Below, piece after piece: positions 17,427 through 25,284 of a stretch of 45,960 nt of DNA. The position numbers were made by a program, and so were the translations under genes. Below the pieces are notes generated by a model. That model saw nothing but the letters and a program-made list of their open reading frames with translations, searched no databases and was not told the origin of the DNA. Numbering within the stretch: position 1 is the stretch's first letter; each line of letters begins with the position of its first letter. The stretch comes from a virus (taxonomy: Duplodnaviria; Caudoviricetes): positions 1 through 45,960 of IMG/VR virus record IMGVR_UViG_3300034197_000041; one strand, given 5' to 3'.

Positions 17427-18215
17427 CTAGGCGGCCCGCGCCGCGCCCGTCGGCTCCTGCGCCTGCTCAGCCGCACAGGCGTGCCAGCACGGCGCGCCCG
17501 CCTGGCCTGCCTCGCAGCTACAGGCCCCGTCGAGCACGCGGTGGATCACGCCGCCGCGCGTGCCGCTCGGCACCAGCCAGGCGCCGTCGCGGTCCTGCCG
17601 CAGCTCGAGCCCGCCGGCCAGGTGGTACGCCGCCTTCGCCCGGGCGTTCGCCTCGGCCTTGGCGCGGTCCACCGGCCGCCGCCCCTTCGGCGCCGGGGGC
17701 TCCGGCGTGGGCTCCGGCTCAGGGCTGATCGGCGTCGCGCCCCAATTCACCCACACGCCCGCCTCGCCGTCGTTGCGGCACTCGGGGTACTCTTCCTCCA
17801 CCAGCTCGTCTGCGGGCGCCAGCGCCGGCAGCGCCTCGAAGCCGTCGAGGCCGGCGAGCTGCGCCGGATCCTCGTGGCACCACGTCGCCTCGTGGGCGGC
17901 GTCCGAGAGCGACGCCTCCAGCTCGAAGACGAGGCGGCCCAAGCGCGCCGCCAGGTCGTCGACCAGGCCCCAGCCCCAGTCCTTCCCGCTCTCGGCCAGG
18001 AAGCGGATCGCCACCAGGCGCAGCGTCACCGCGTCCATCCCCACCAGCAGCGCCGCCGCCCGCCCCGCCTTCGCCGCCGCGCTCAGCTCGGCGTGGCCCA
18101 CGGGGGCCTCGGTGAGCGCGCGGGCGATGATCGCCGCCTCGGCGTCCTGGCGGGCGAGGGCGGCGTCGTTGTCGAGGATGTTGTCGCGGGTGAGGGTGAG
18201 GCGCTGGCTGGTCAT
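17427..18215 (-). CDS. SWIM zinc-finger domain protein, first gene of the leftward operon
   Basis: C-terminal WLVPSG...CSCEAGQAGAPCWH (CxC-x(n)-CxH), AAGGAG RBS. Confidence 0.75.
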   Translation of the reverse strand: MTSQRLTLTRDNILDNDAALARQDAEAAIIARALTEAPVGHAELSAAAKAGRAAALLVGMDAVTLRLVAIRFLAESGKDWGWGLVDDLAARLGRLVFELEASLSDAAHEATWCHEDPAQLAGLDGFEALPALAPADELVEEEYPECRNDGEAGVWVNWGATPISPEPEPTPEPPAPKGRRPVDRAKAEANARAKAAYHLAGGLELRQDRDGAWLVPSGTRGGVIHRVLDGACSCEAGQAGAPCWHACAAEQAQEPTGAARAA

Positions 18216-18262
18216 TGGGGGGCTCCTTGCTGGTGCGTTGTAGTGCTTTGCTATTTCTGTAG

Positions 18263-18328
18263 TGTCACCGTGACATCTCTACAGTGTCATTATAGGACGC
18301 AGTAACGCCCTTGTCAAGAGGGCATTAC
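18263..18328. promoter_or_regulatory. Candidate operators
   Basis: Palindrome TGTCAC-C-GTGACA (18263-18275) and imperfect inverted repeat GTAACGCCCT-7-AGGGCATTAC overlapping the leftward -35. Confidence 0.55.
18289..18317 (-). promoter_or_regulatory. Leftward consensus sigma70 promoter
   Basis: TTGACA (18317-18312), 17 nt, TATAAT (18294-18289): perfect consensus. Confidence 0.9.
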
Positions 18329-18334
18329 GCCTAC

Positions 18335-18363
18335 TTGACAAAGACTTTGCGGCATGCTAGGAT
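18335..18363 (+). promoter_or_regulatory. Rightward sigma70 promoter for the XRE regulator
   Basis: TTGACA (18335-18340), 17 nt ending TGc, TAGGAT (18358-18363). Confidence 0.85.
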
Positions 18364-18392
18364 CGGCGGCAAGTGATCGGAGGGAGGTTACC

Positions 18393-18677
18393 GTGACGAA
18401 GGTAGTTTCACATCTGCGGCGGCTTCGTCGGGAGCTCGAGGTGAAAGAGGATCGTGATGTCACGATCCTCGAGGTTGCTCAGGCTTCTGGTCTCAGCCGA
18501 AACCGGCTCACCAGCCTCGAGCTGGGCAAGTTCGACCGGGTGTCCAATGACGAGCTGGCCAGTCTCAGTGCCTTCTACACAAAGGCGTTGGGGCGGCAGA
18601 TCCGCATCGGTGATATTCTGGAGATCAACGCAAATAGCCGGCGGGCGTATGTTCAGGCAGCCATTCCCAGTGGCTGA
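18393..18677 (+). CDS. XRE/Cro-C1-type HTH transcriptional regulator (repressor or Cro)
   Basis: LRRLRR...TILEVAQASGLSRNRLTSLELG HTH, GTG start with GGAGG RBS. Confidence 0.85.
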   Translation: MTKVVSHLRRLRRELEVKEDRDVTILEVAQASGLSRNRLTSLELGKFDRVSNDELASLSAFYTKALGRQIRIGDILEINANSRRAYVQAAIPSG

Positions 18678-18971
18678 ACATACGCCCGCCGGCTTGTAGT
18701 GTGCGCTGCTAGTCCGCCAAGAGTACCAGCGCCCTACGATGCCCGCGCCGATCACCCTCTCAGGATCTCGACGTTATTGGTACCGCCCGGAAGGGCGGGG
18801 ATACCCACGAAGGAAAGGACAGGGCCTACGGACGAGAACTTTATCCCCCTGGTGCTGCGCGACGCCCCCGAGGGAGAGCCGCGCACGGTCTACGTGGAGC
18901 GGGCGGCGCTGGCGGCGCTGGTGGTCGAGGTGATCGACGCCGAGCTGTCGGGCCTGCGCTTCCTGGGGCCT

Positions 18972-19262
18972 TCACCGAGCGGGCCGCGGCCCAGGGTCCC
19001 AGTCCGGCGGAAAGCCGAGGGTTTCCGCATCGAAGCGGAGCGTGAGTCCGCAGCGGTCGCAGGTGAGCCGAAACTCCAGGCGCCTGCGGTAGTGCCATTT
19101 GGTGGCTGACGGGTCGTAGTGCATTGGCCGGTCGGCGATGATAGACCAGCCGACACCCCGGCAGACGAAGCACCGAAGCGGGATCTCAACGTCCTCAGCC
19201 TCGGACAGCACGTCGAAGAATTGTCGAAGCGTGATGCTGTCGAAGTAGATCTCACCGCTCAC
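18972..19262 (-). CDS. Small zinc-ribbon protein next to attP
   Basis: 96 aa with CFVC...CDRC, lower GC. Confidence 0.5.
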   Translation of the reverse strand: MSGEIYFDSITLRQFFDVLSEAEDVEIPLRCFVCRGVGWSIIADRPMHYDPSATKWHYRRRLEFRLTCDRCGLTLRFDAETLGFPPDWDPGPRPAR

Positions 19263-19459
19263 GACCTTGCGACCTTTGCCAGCCGACGCTCAGCGCCCTC
19301 GCTCTGCCTAATCGAACGTTTCACCCCTGGCATATGCCACATGGCATAGAGCCCAGCTATCGCATTACCTGTCGCACCTGAACAACCGAAGATTGAGCTG
19401 ATTTTCGAAGGGATGACCGCGCCGCCCGCGTCCGGGGAGGGCGTGCGTGGCCGGTGCGC

Positions 19460-19497
19460 TGGTGGGCCCCCAGGGGATCGAACCCTGAACCAATTGA
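19460..19497 (-). mobile_element. attP core: 3' portion of a host tRNA (probably tRNA-Lys)
   Basis: Minus strand TCAATTGGTTCAGGGTTCGATCCCCTGGGGGCCCACCA contains T-arm, acceptor 3' strand and CCA. It lies 30 nt from the integrase stop and has no 5' tRNA half. Confidence 0.85.
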
Positions 19498-19526
19498 GTT
19501 GCTGATCTGGCCCACCCCCGCGCCGT

Positions 19527-20528
19527 CTAGCCCTCCAGTGCCGTCCGCACGGGCTCCGCCCCGTCGAGCCCGTGGGCCCGCCGGTACAGCGCCCGCCGGG
19601 GCTCAATGTCCAGCCCCAGGTAGCGCGCGATCACCGCCGGGGTGTCGTCGCGCAGCAGCTCGCCCACCTCGGCCTTGGACAGCCCGGCCCGCCGGAGCCG
19701 CCGCGCGAAGGCGTGGCGGAAGGCGTGGCACGGACTGCCGCTCGGCAGCGCCACCCCGGCCAGGCGCGCCAGCCGCTTGACCATGCAGCGGATCAGGTTG
19801 GGCGTCACCGCCTCGCCGTTGTTGCGCGACGACACCCCGCGCAGCAGCGGCCCGCGCAGCTCGCCCCGGCGCCGGCTCAGGTAGGCCCGGAGCGCCCGGG
19901 CCGTGCGCGGGGTCCAGAACAGCATCCCCTCCTTGCCCCCGCCCTGGCCCTTCCCGATCACCCGGGCCTGCTCGCGGGCCAGGTCCACATCGCGCTGGAG
20001 CAGCGCCGACAGCTCCGCGACGCGGGCGCCCGTATCCCAGAGCAGCCACAGAATCGCCCGGTCGCGCGCCGACTCCTCCGTGAGCCCGTCGCCGGCCGCG
20101 TCGAGCAGCGCCCGAAACGACTCCTCGCTGATCGCCGGTCGCTCGCGCGTGGGGATGGGCGGCAGCGGGATGCGCCGGCCCCGGAAGGCCGCCCGCTGCC
20201 GCTCGAAGCCCTCATGCTCATCGGCCAGCCAGCCCCACAGCGCCCGCAGCGTCCGAAAGTAGCCGTGCAGGGTCGCCTCGGCCAGGCCCGGCGCGCTCCC
20301 CCGCGCCCCGCGCCCGGGCGGCGCCTCGTCCGCCAGGTGGGCGAAGAAAGCTTTCAGCTCGGCCAGATCCACATCGGCCAGGCGCGGCCCGTGCCCGCCC
20401 GCCGCCCGCCAGGCGAGCCAGCGGTCAAGCTGGGACTCGTAGAGCGTCAGCGTCTCCACCGTGCGCCGCGCCGCGCGCCGATGGGCCAGGAACGCCCGCA
20501 CCGCATCGCACACTATCGTCTCTGTCAT
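19527..20528 (-). CDS. int: Phage integrase (tyrosine recombinase)
   Basis: N-terminal SAM-like domain, DTGARVAEL (R), VIGKG (K), HAFRH (HxxR), IARYL (Y). Adjacent to the tRNA-like attP. Start may lie further upstream. Confidence 0.88.
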   Translation of the reverse strand: MTETIVCDAVRAFLAHRRAARRTVETLTLYESQLDRWLAWRAAGGHGPRLADVDLAELKAFFAHLADEAPPGRGARGSAPGLAEATLHGYFRTLRALWGWLADEHEGFERQRAAFRGRRIPLPPIPTRERPAISEESFRALLDAAGDGLTEESARDRAILWLLWDTGARVAELSALLQRDVDLAREQARVIGKGQGGGKEGMLFWTPRTARALRAYLSRRRGELRGPLLRGVSSRNNGEAVTPNLIRCMVKRLARLAGVALPSGSPCHAFRHAFARRLRRAGLSKAEVGELLRDDTPAVIARYLGLDIEPRRALYRRAHGLDGAEPVRTALEG

Positions 20529-20665
20529 CGTTCCCCGCGGGGTCGGGGCGGGCCAGGCGGCCCGCTGCCTCGGTAGATCGTGGCGCACCCGCGCCGCGCC
20601 TGTGAGATCGGCCCGATCCGTGAACAACACGTTACGCCCCATCCCCTAGCCTACAGGAGGATCGC

Positions 20666-20995
20666 GTGGTTGTGACTAAAGTGCTTCAGGAGGGCGGGGT
20701 GGTCGGGCTCGGGGCGTCGCTCGCCATCGTGGCCGTGACGCACCTCGCCGGCCCCGACGTCGCGCCCGGCGCCCGTCAGGCGCTCAACCTCAGCCTGGTC
20801 TGCGTCGGGCAGCTCGTCTGGGCCGTGCGCCGCCCGGAGCGCCCCGCCATCGACGGCGCCATCGTCGCCGCCATCGCCGCGACGATGGCCGGACTGACGA
20901 TCCGCCTGGGCGAGTGGGTCCACCGCCGGATCGACGCCGCGGCCAACCGCCGAGCCGTGGGCGCGCTGGAGGCGGCCCGCCCGCGCTGCTACTGA
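20666..20995 (+). CDS. Small multi-TM membrane protein
   Basis: CAGGAGG RBS, three hydrophobic stretches. Confidence 0.6.
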   Translation: MVVTKVLQEGGVVGLGASLAIVAVTHLAGPDVAPGARQALNLSLVCVGQLVWAVRRPERPAIDGAIVAAIAATMAGLTIRLGEWVHRRIDAAANRRAVGALEAARPRCY

Positions 20996-20998
20996 GAG

Positions 20999-21232
20999 GT
21001 GCCTGTGCGACGCCCTGCGCGCTACCCCTACCGCACCGTCGGCGAGGTGGAGGACGTGACGGCCCACCTCCTCGAACTGCTGCGCCTGCTCGAAGAGGAC
21101 CGCCGCGCCGCCGCCACCCCGGCGCAGTGGCACCGCCTCAACGCCCAGACCCGCCACGCCGAGATCGCCTACCTCTGGCTGCGCGAGATGCGCGCCGGGA
21201 TGGGCGACGAAGATCCCGACGGTGCAGTTTAG
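20999..21232 (+). CDS. Hypothetical helical protein
   Basis: 77 aa following 20995. Confidence 0.55.
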   Translation: MPVRRPARYPYRTVGEVEDVTAHLLELLRLLEEDRRAAATPAQWHRLNAQTRHAEIAYLWLREMRAGMGDEDPDGAV

Positions 21233-21398
21233 TCACAGAATCGCCCGTCGGTGCTATCACTGAACTTGTAGGAATCGCCGAGCCCCCGAGCTGGCTGCAC
21301 AGCTGGGGGGCTCATGAACCACGAATGCATCTCATGATACCACGAGATCCGTGTCAGCCAGTGACACAGCGCGGCGTCCGTCGCAAGGCGGCGCGCCG

Positions 21399-21764
21399 AT
21401 GATCCGATCAATCGACTACGACGGCATCAGCCACGCGCGCCTCACCCGCGCAATGACCCAGGCCCGCCTGCCCGCGACCACGCGCGTGCTGATGGCAGAG
21501 ATCTTTCGGGCTATCCCCGTCGGGACGTGGCGGCACATCAGCCACCAGACCCTCGCCCGGCGCCTGGGCATCAGCGAGAGCACCGTCTCACGGGGCATGG
21601 CACTCTTAGACGGCAGCCTGCTTGATGCGGACGGCGCCCAGATCAACCGCGCGCCCTTCATCGAGCGACGGCCCCGCCAAGACGGGCGGCCTGGCTACGA
21701 GATCTGCCCGCTTCCCCCGCCCGAGCTGCGCGCGAAGACGAAACGCGGAAAGGCGAGCCGATGA
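21399..21764 (+). CDS. Winged-HTH protein, paralogue 1
   Basis: SHARLTRAM...ISHQTLARRLGISESTVSRGM HTH. Confidence 0.75.
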   Translation: MIRSIDYDGISHARLTRAMTQARLPATTRVLMAEIFRAIPVGTWRHISHQTLARRLGISESTVSRGMALLDGSLLDADGAQINRAPFIERRPRQDGRPGYEICPLPPPELRAKTKRGKASR

Positions 21765-22063
21765 GCACCGCGAAGACCGCCCGCCACGCCCGCATGACCG
21801 AGTCCATGGAACAGCAGCTTTCGATAGCCGAGTTCAAGATCCTTGCTGTCCTGCGGCGCCTCATCCCCGACGGGAAGCGCCGCAAACTCGCCACTGCGAC
21901 CGTCGCCAGCGAGGCGGGGTTCAGCAAGCGCAGGGTGCTGGTCGCAATTCGTGCGATGGATGGGAAGTTCCTTGTACACCACCCGTCCAGCAATCAGCGA
22001 GACGGCTCTGTCCTTATCGAGATGCTGCTGCCGCCCGAACTGCGAGAGGAGCCCGCGTCATGA
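21761..22063 (+). CDS. Winged-HTH protein, paralogue 2
   Basis: RHARMTESM...LRRLIPDGKRRKLATATVASEAGFSKRRV, ATGA-coupled. Confidence 0.75.
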   Translation: MSTAKTARHARMTESMEQQLSIAEFKILAVLRRLIPDGKRRKLATATVASEAGFSKRRVLVAIRAMDGKFLVHHPSSNQRDGSVLIEMLLPPELREEPAS

Positions 22064-23160
22064 GCACATGGAAGGGCACAAGCCACGCGCGTATGACCCG
22101 CTCGATGGACGGGCTCTATGGCTGCGAGTACAAGGTTTTGGCGACCATTCGTCGGCTTATCCCTGATGGGCAGAGGCGCAAAGTTAGCCAGGCCGATATC
22201 GCACGGCGGGCCAACGTCTCGCCAAGCACCGTCTCCGAGACGGTGAGAAAGATCGACAGGGTATTCATCAGGCTTCACTTCGTCGGCAAGGGGCGCGGCG
22301 GGGGCTACGAGATCGAGGTTATTTCCCCGATTGGACCACTGCCGACGGAGCCCTCTGCGCCCAAGAAACCCTCGCTGAGCGAGGATTGCAATCGATCTTT
22401 CTCTTCTGGCGTTGCAACGCCTCAAACGCCAGAAGAGAAAACCTCGCTGAGCGATCATTCTATCTTCTTAGATCATGCTCATGAGCAGCAGCAGACAGCG
22501 GCTCCTTCCACGGGAGCGGGTAGCGACGAGTCCGGGCAGGCCGATCAGCTCGCTCCTGAGACGATCACGGCCCTGGCCGAGGCGGGCGCACACCCAAAGC
22601 TGATCCAGCGCGTGGCCGCCGCGAACCCGGGCTGCTCGCCGGCTGACGTGGCGGCCGCCCTGGCCGGGGCGCACGCGAAGCCGACGGCGCACACGCCGCC
22701 CGGCCTCGCGCTTGAATGCCTGGCGAACCGCCAGCCAGTCATCACGCCGCGCCTGATCGCCCCGCCCCGCCCCCGTGGCCGTGCCGCGCCCGACGCCGGG
22801 ATCGACGTGGGCCAGGCCCGGGCCTGGATCGCGCGGCACGGCGGCGCGGCCAGCCCGCCGCCGGGGGAGGTCGCGCCGCCCCCGGCCCGCGCCAGCCCGC
22901 CGCCCGGGCTGACGAGCCTGTGGCACGCCGCCCAGGCCACGCTGAAGGCCAAAACGGACAGCGGCGCCTATGACTTCTGGCTGCGCCCGCTGCGCCTGCT
23001 CAGCCTCGCCGACGGCGTGGCAACCCTCGCCGCGCCCTCGCTCGACGTGGCCAGCGTGGCGCAGACGCGCTACGGGCGGGCGATCCGCGACGCGCTGGGC
23101 TCATTTGCGGGCGGGCTGGTGCGGGTCCAGGTGATCTACGCGTCGCCCGCCGCCGACTAG
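22060..23160 (+). CDS. Replication initiator-like protein: N-terminal wHTH (paralogue 3) plus C-terminal DnaA N-terminal-like domain
   Basis: SHARMTRSM...SQADIARRANVSPSTVSETV. C-terminal LWHAAQATLK...AYDFWLRPLRLLSLADGVATLAAPS...RYGRAIRDAL matches the DnaA domain I pattern. Confidence 0.75.
   Translation: MSTWKGTSHARMTRSMDGLYGCEYKVLATIRRLIPDGQRRKVSQADIARRANVSPSTVSETVRKIDRVFIRLHFVGKGRGGGYEIEVISPIGPLPTEPSAPKKPSLSEDCNRSFSSGVATPQTPEEKTSLSDHSIFLDHAHEQQQTAAPSTGAGSDESGQADQLAPETITALAEAGAHPKLIQRVAAANPGCSPADVAAALAGAHAKPTAHTPPGLALECLANRQPVITPRLIAPPRPRGRAAPDAGIDVGQARAWIARHGGAASPPPGEVAPPPARASPPPGLTSLWHAAQATLKAKTDSGAYDFWLRPLRLLSLADGVATLAAPSLDVASVAQTRYGRAIRDALGSFAGGLVRVQVIYASPAAD
22370..22455. repeat. Candidate replication origin inside the initiator gene
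   Basis: CCTCGCTGAGCGA at 22370 and 22442 flank a perfect 16-bp inverted repeat TTTCTCTTCTGGCGTT-11-AACGCCAGAAGAGAAA (22398-22440) in a locally AT-richer patch. Confidence 0.6.
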
Positions 23161-23177
23161 CCGAGAGGAGGCCCGCC

Positions 23178-23585
23178 ATGCCCGAGAGCCCCTGGCGCTG
23201 CGCGTACTGCCTGCGCACCGCCGCCTACGTCCGCCGGCGCGGGTCGTCGCCGGTCTGCGACCGCTGCCGGGACGCCCTGGCCGCCCGGGGGCTCAAGTTC
23301 TGTCGGGGATGCGGGCGCCCCCGCCCCGTCGCGCAGTTCGACCGGGTCGCCGGCCCGGGCGGCACCCAGCGCCGGGCCGCCTGCAAGCCTTGCAGGCTGC
23401 GGCAGCTCGGCCCGTGGAAACGAGACTACCTGATCGCCTGGCGCGCCCGCAACCGCGAGCGCTGGCGGGGATACTTCCGCAACCGCGACCCGGAGCGCCA
23501 GCGGCAGTACCGGCGCGCGAGCTACCTGCGCCGCAAGATGCGCCAGAGCGCCGCCCTGGCCCAACGACACGGGCCTGGCCGCTGA
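23178..23585 (+). CDS. Cys-rich zinc-binding basic protein
   Basis: Four CxxC pairs, Arg-rich tail, AGGAGG RBS. Confidence 0.7.
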   Translation: MPESPWRCAYCLRTAAYVRRRGSSPVCDRCRDALAARGLKFCRGCGRPRPVAQFDRVAGPGGTQRRAACKPCRLRQLGPWKRDYLIAWRARNRERWRGYFRNRDPERQRQYRRASYLRRKMRQSAALAQRHGPGR

Positions 23586-23653
23586 CACGACCAGGCCCCC
23601 GGCGCCCCGAGGTTCCGCCCGGGCGCCGCCGCTATGATAGCACGGAGGTTCCC

Positions 23654-23998
23654 ATGTCCTACTTCGCATCTGCCCGCCGATACGAGGCCCTGTGCGCCGA
23701 GCCGTCGCCGCGCCCGCCCCGCCCGGCGCCGCGTCCGCCCCGGCGCCCGCCTGGCCCACCCCGCCGCGATGGCCAGGCCGAGCTGGCCCGGGTCGCGGGG
23801 CTTCTCGGCACGACCCCCGGCGAGCTGCGCCGGCGCGACCGCACGGCGGCGGCCTCGCAGCGGCGCCACGAGGCCATGTACCTGCTGGCCCGCGCCGGCG
23901 TGGCCCAGGCCGAGATCGCCCGCCTGCTGGACCGCGACGGATCGTCCGTGCGCCACGGCCTGCGCCGGATCGCGGCGCGGCAGGGGGGTGGCCAGTGA
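23654..23998 (+). CDS. Stand-alone DnaA C-terminal-like (domain IV) HTH protein
   Basis: ELRRRDRTAAASQRRHEAMYLLARAGVAQAEIARLLDRDGSSVRHGLRRI parallels the DnaA pattern R..AMYL...EIG...RDHTTV.HA..KI. GGAGG RBS. Confidence 0.75.
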   Translation: MSYFASARRYEALCAEPSPRPPRPAPRPPRRPPGPPRRDGQAELARVAGLLGTTPGELRRRDRTAAASQRRHEAMYLLARAGVAQAEIARLLDRDGSSVRHGLRRIAARQGGGQ

Positions 23999-24438
23999 GC
24001 AGCCTACGCCTCGCCCCGCGCGCCCCGAGCCGAGCCGCCCCGGCGCCGAGCTCCTCCGAGTGGCGCCGCATCGCCCGCGCCCTGGCCGCCGGCCTCGACG
24101 ACCACGCCGCCGCCCGGGCGACCCGCCTGGCCCGCGCCCACGTCGCCGCGATCCGGGCGCAGCTCGCCCCGCCCGCCCCGCCGGCCGCCCTGGTGCCGGC
24201 GCCCGATCTGCGCCGGCCCGCCGCGCGCTACGCCGACGCGCTGGTGGTCCTGATCGCCCGGGAGGGGGACGAGTACGTGCGCTGGCTGCTGCGCCGGCGC
24301 TTCCTGGCTGCGCGCCGGGCCGTGTGGCTCGACGCCCGGGCCGGCGAGGCCCGCGCCGCCGGACAGCTCAGCCAGGCCGCCGCGCTCGACTCCGACGCCC
24401 GCCGCGCCGAGCGCGCCGCCGTGGCGGGGAGGCCCTGA
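23995..24438 (+). CDS. Hypothetical protein
   Basis: GTGA-coupled, Ala/Arg-rich helical protein. Confidence 0.55.
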   Translation: MSSLRLAPRAPSRAAPAPSSSEWRRIARALAAGLDDHAAARATRLARAHVAAIRAQLAPPAPPAALVPAPDLRRPAARYADALVVLIAREGDEYVRWLLRRRFLAARRAVWLDARAGEARAAGQLSQAAALDSDARRAERAAVAGRP

Positions 24439-24653
24439 TGCCGGATCGCCTCCCCGACCTCGACCGCCCCGGCGTCGTGATGCCCGACGCGCAGCGCCGC
24501 GCCGCGCTGCGCCACCTCCAGGCGGCGCATCGGGGCCGCGCGATCAGCGCCGGGCTCTACCTGAGCCTGATCGGGCATATCGTCAGCGAGCACGCGCCCC
24601 AGTCGATCTGGGCGCACTGGTGGGGCCAGCGGCCCCGAAAGGAAAACGAGTGA
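24438..24653 (+). CDS. Hypothetical protein
   Basis: MPDRLPDLDRP..., TGATG coupling. Confidence 0.55.
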   Translation: MPDRLPDLDRPGVVMPDAQRRAALRHLQAAHRGRAISAGLYLSLIGHIVSEHAPQSIWAHWWGQRPRKENE

Positions 24654-24853
24654 GCTGCGACCTGACCATTGCCGCCCGCCGCGCTGTCGAGGCGCTGCGG
24701 GCCCGCGCCGCCGTCGCCCGGCGCGACGGCGCGGATCACCTCGCCGCCTGGCTCGAGCTCGAGGCCAACCGCCTCGAGTCCCCGCTGCTCGCCGAGGAGC
24801 AGGCGGCCCGCCGACGGGACGAGGAGGCGCGAACGGCGCGGCTCAGCCGATGA
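24650..24853 (+). CDS. Hypothetical protein
   Basis: GTGA-coupled small ORF. Confidence 0.55.
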   Translation: MSCDLTIAARRAVEALRARAAVARRDGADHLAAWLELEANRLESPLLAEEQAARRRDEEARTARLSR

Positions 24854-25077
24854 GCGCCACGCTGCGCATCGACCCACCGCTGCCCTGCGCCACCTGGCAG
24901 GCGACCGACGCCGACCCGCTGGGCCGCTGCGGCCAGCCGGCCAGCGTCGGCCACGCCGACGCCCTGCCCGACGGCTCGTACCTGATCCTGCCGATCTGCC
25001 GCGCTTGCACCACCGCGATGGCCAAGGTCTACGGCGTCACCGCGAGCGACGCCGAGGAAGGGAGAGCGAACACATGA
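24850..25077 (+). CDS. Small Cys-containing hypothetical protein
   Basis: C..C..CRAC, ATGA coupling. Confidence 0.6.
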   Translation: MSATLRIDPPLPCATWQATDADPLGRCGQPASVGHADALPDGSYLILPICRACTTAMAKVYGVTASDAEEGRANT

Positions 25078-25283
25078 GCGACCCCCTGGAGCGTGAGGCC
25101 CTGCGCACGCTGATGCTGCTGCGCGGCGCCGTCGCGGTGGCGCGCAGGTCCGACGACGAGTCCGGGGCGATCCTGGCCGACCTGGTGGCCGTCGTCGAGT
25201 CCGCCGCGACGGACCTCGAGGCCGCGCTGACCGTGGTCGCGACGGCGCGCGGGCGCGAGACGCCGATCAGGAGGGAGAACTAG
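25074..25283 (+). CDS. Hypothetical protein
   Basis: MSDPLERE..., ATGA coupling. Confidence 0.55.
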   Translation: MSDPLEREALRTLMLLRGAVAVARRSDDESGAILADLVAVVESAATDLEAALTVVATARGRETPIRREN

Positions 25284-25284
25284 C

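Noticed and set aside
19460-19500. Complete tRNA gene
   Set aside because: Only the 3' part (from the anticodon stem 3' strand to CCA) is present, with no D-arm or 5' acceptor strand, so it is treated as attP.
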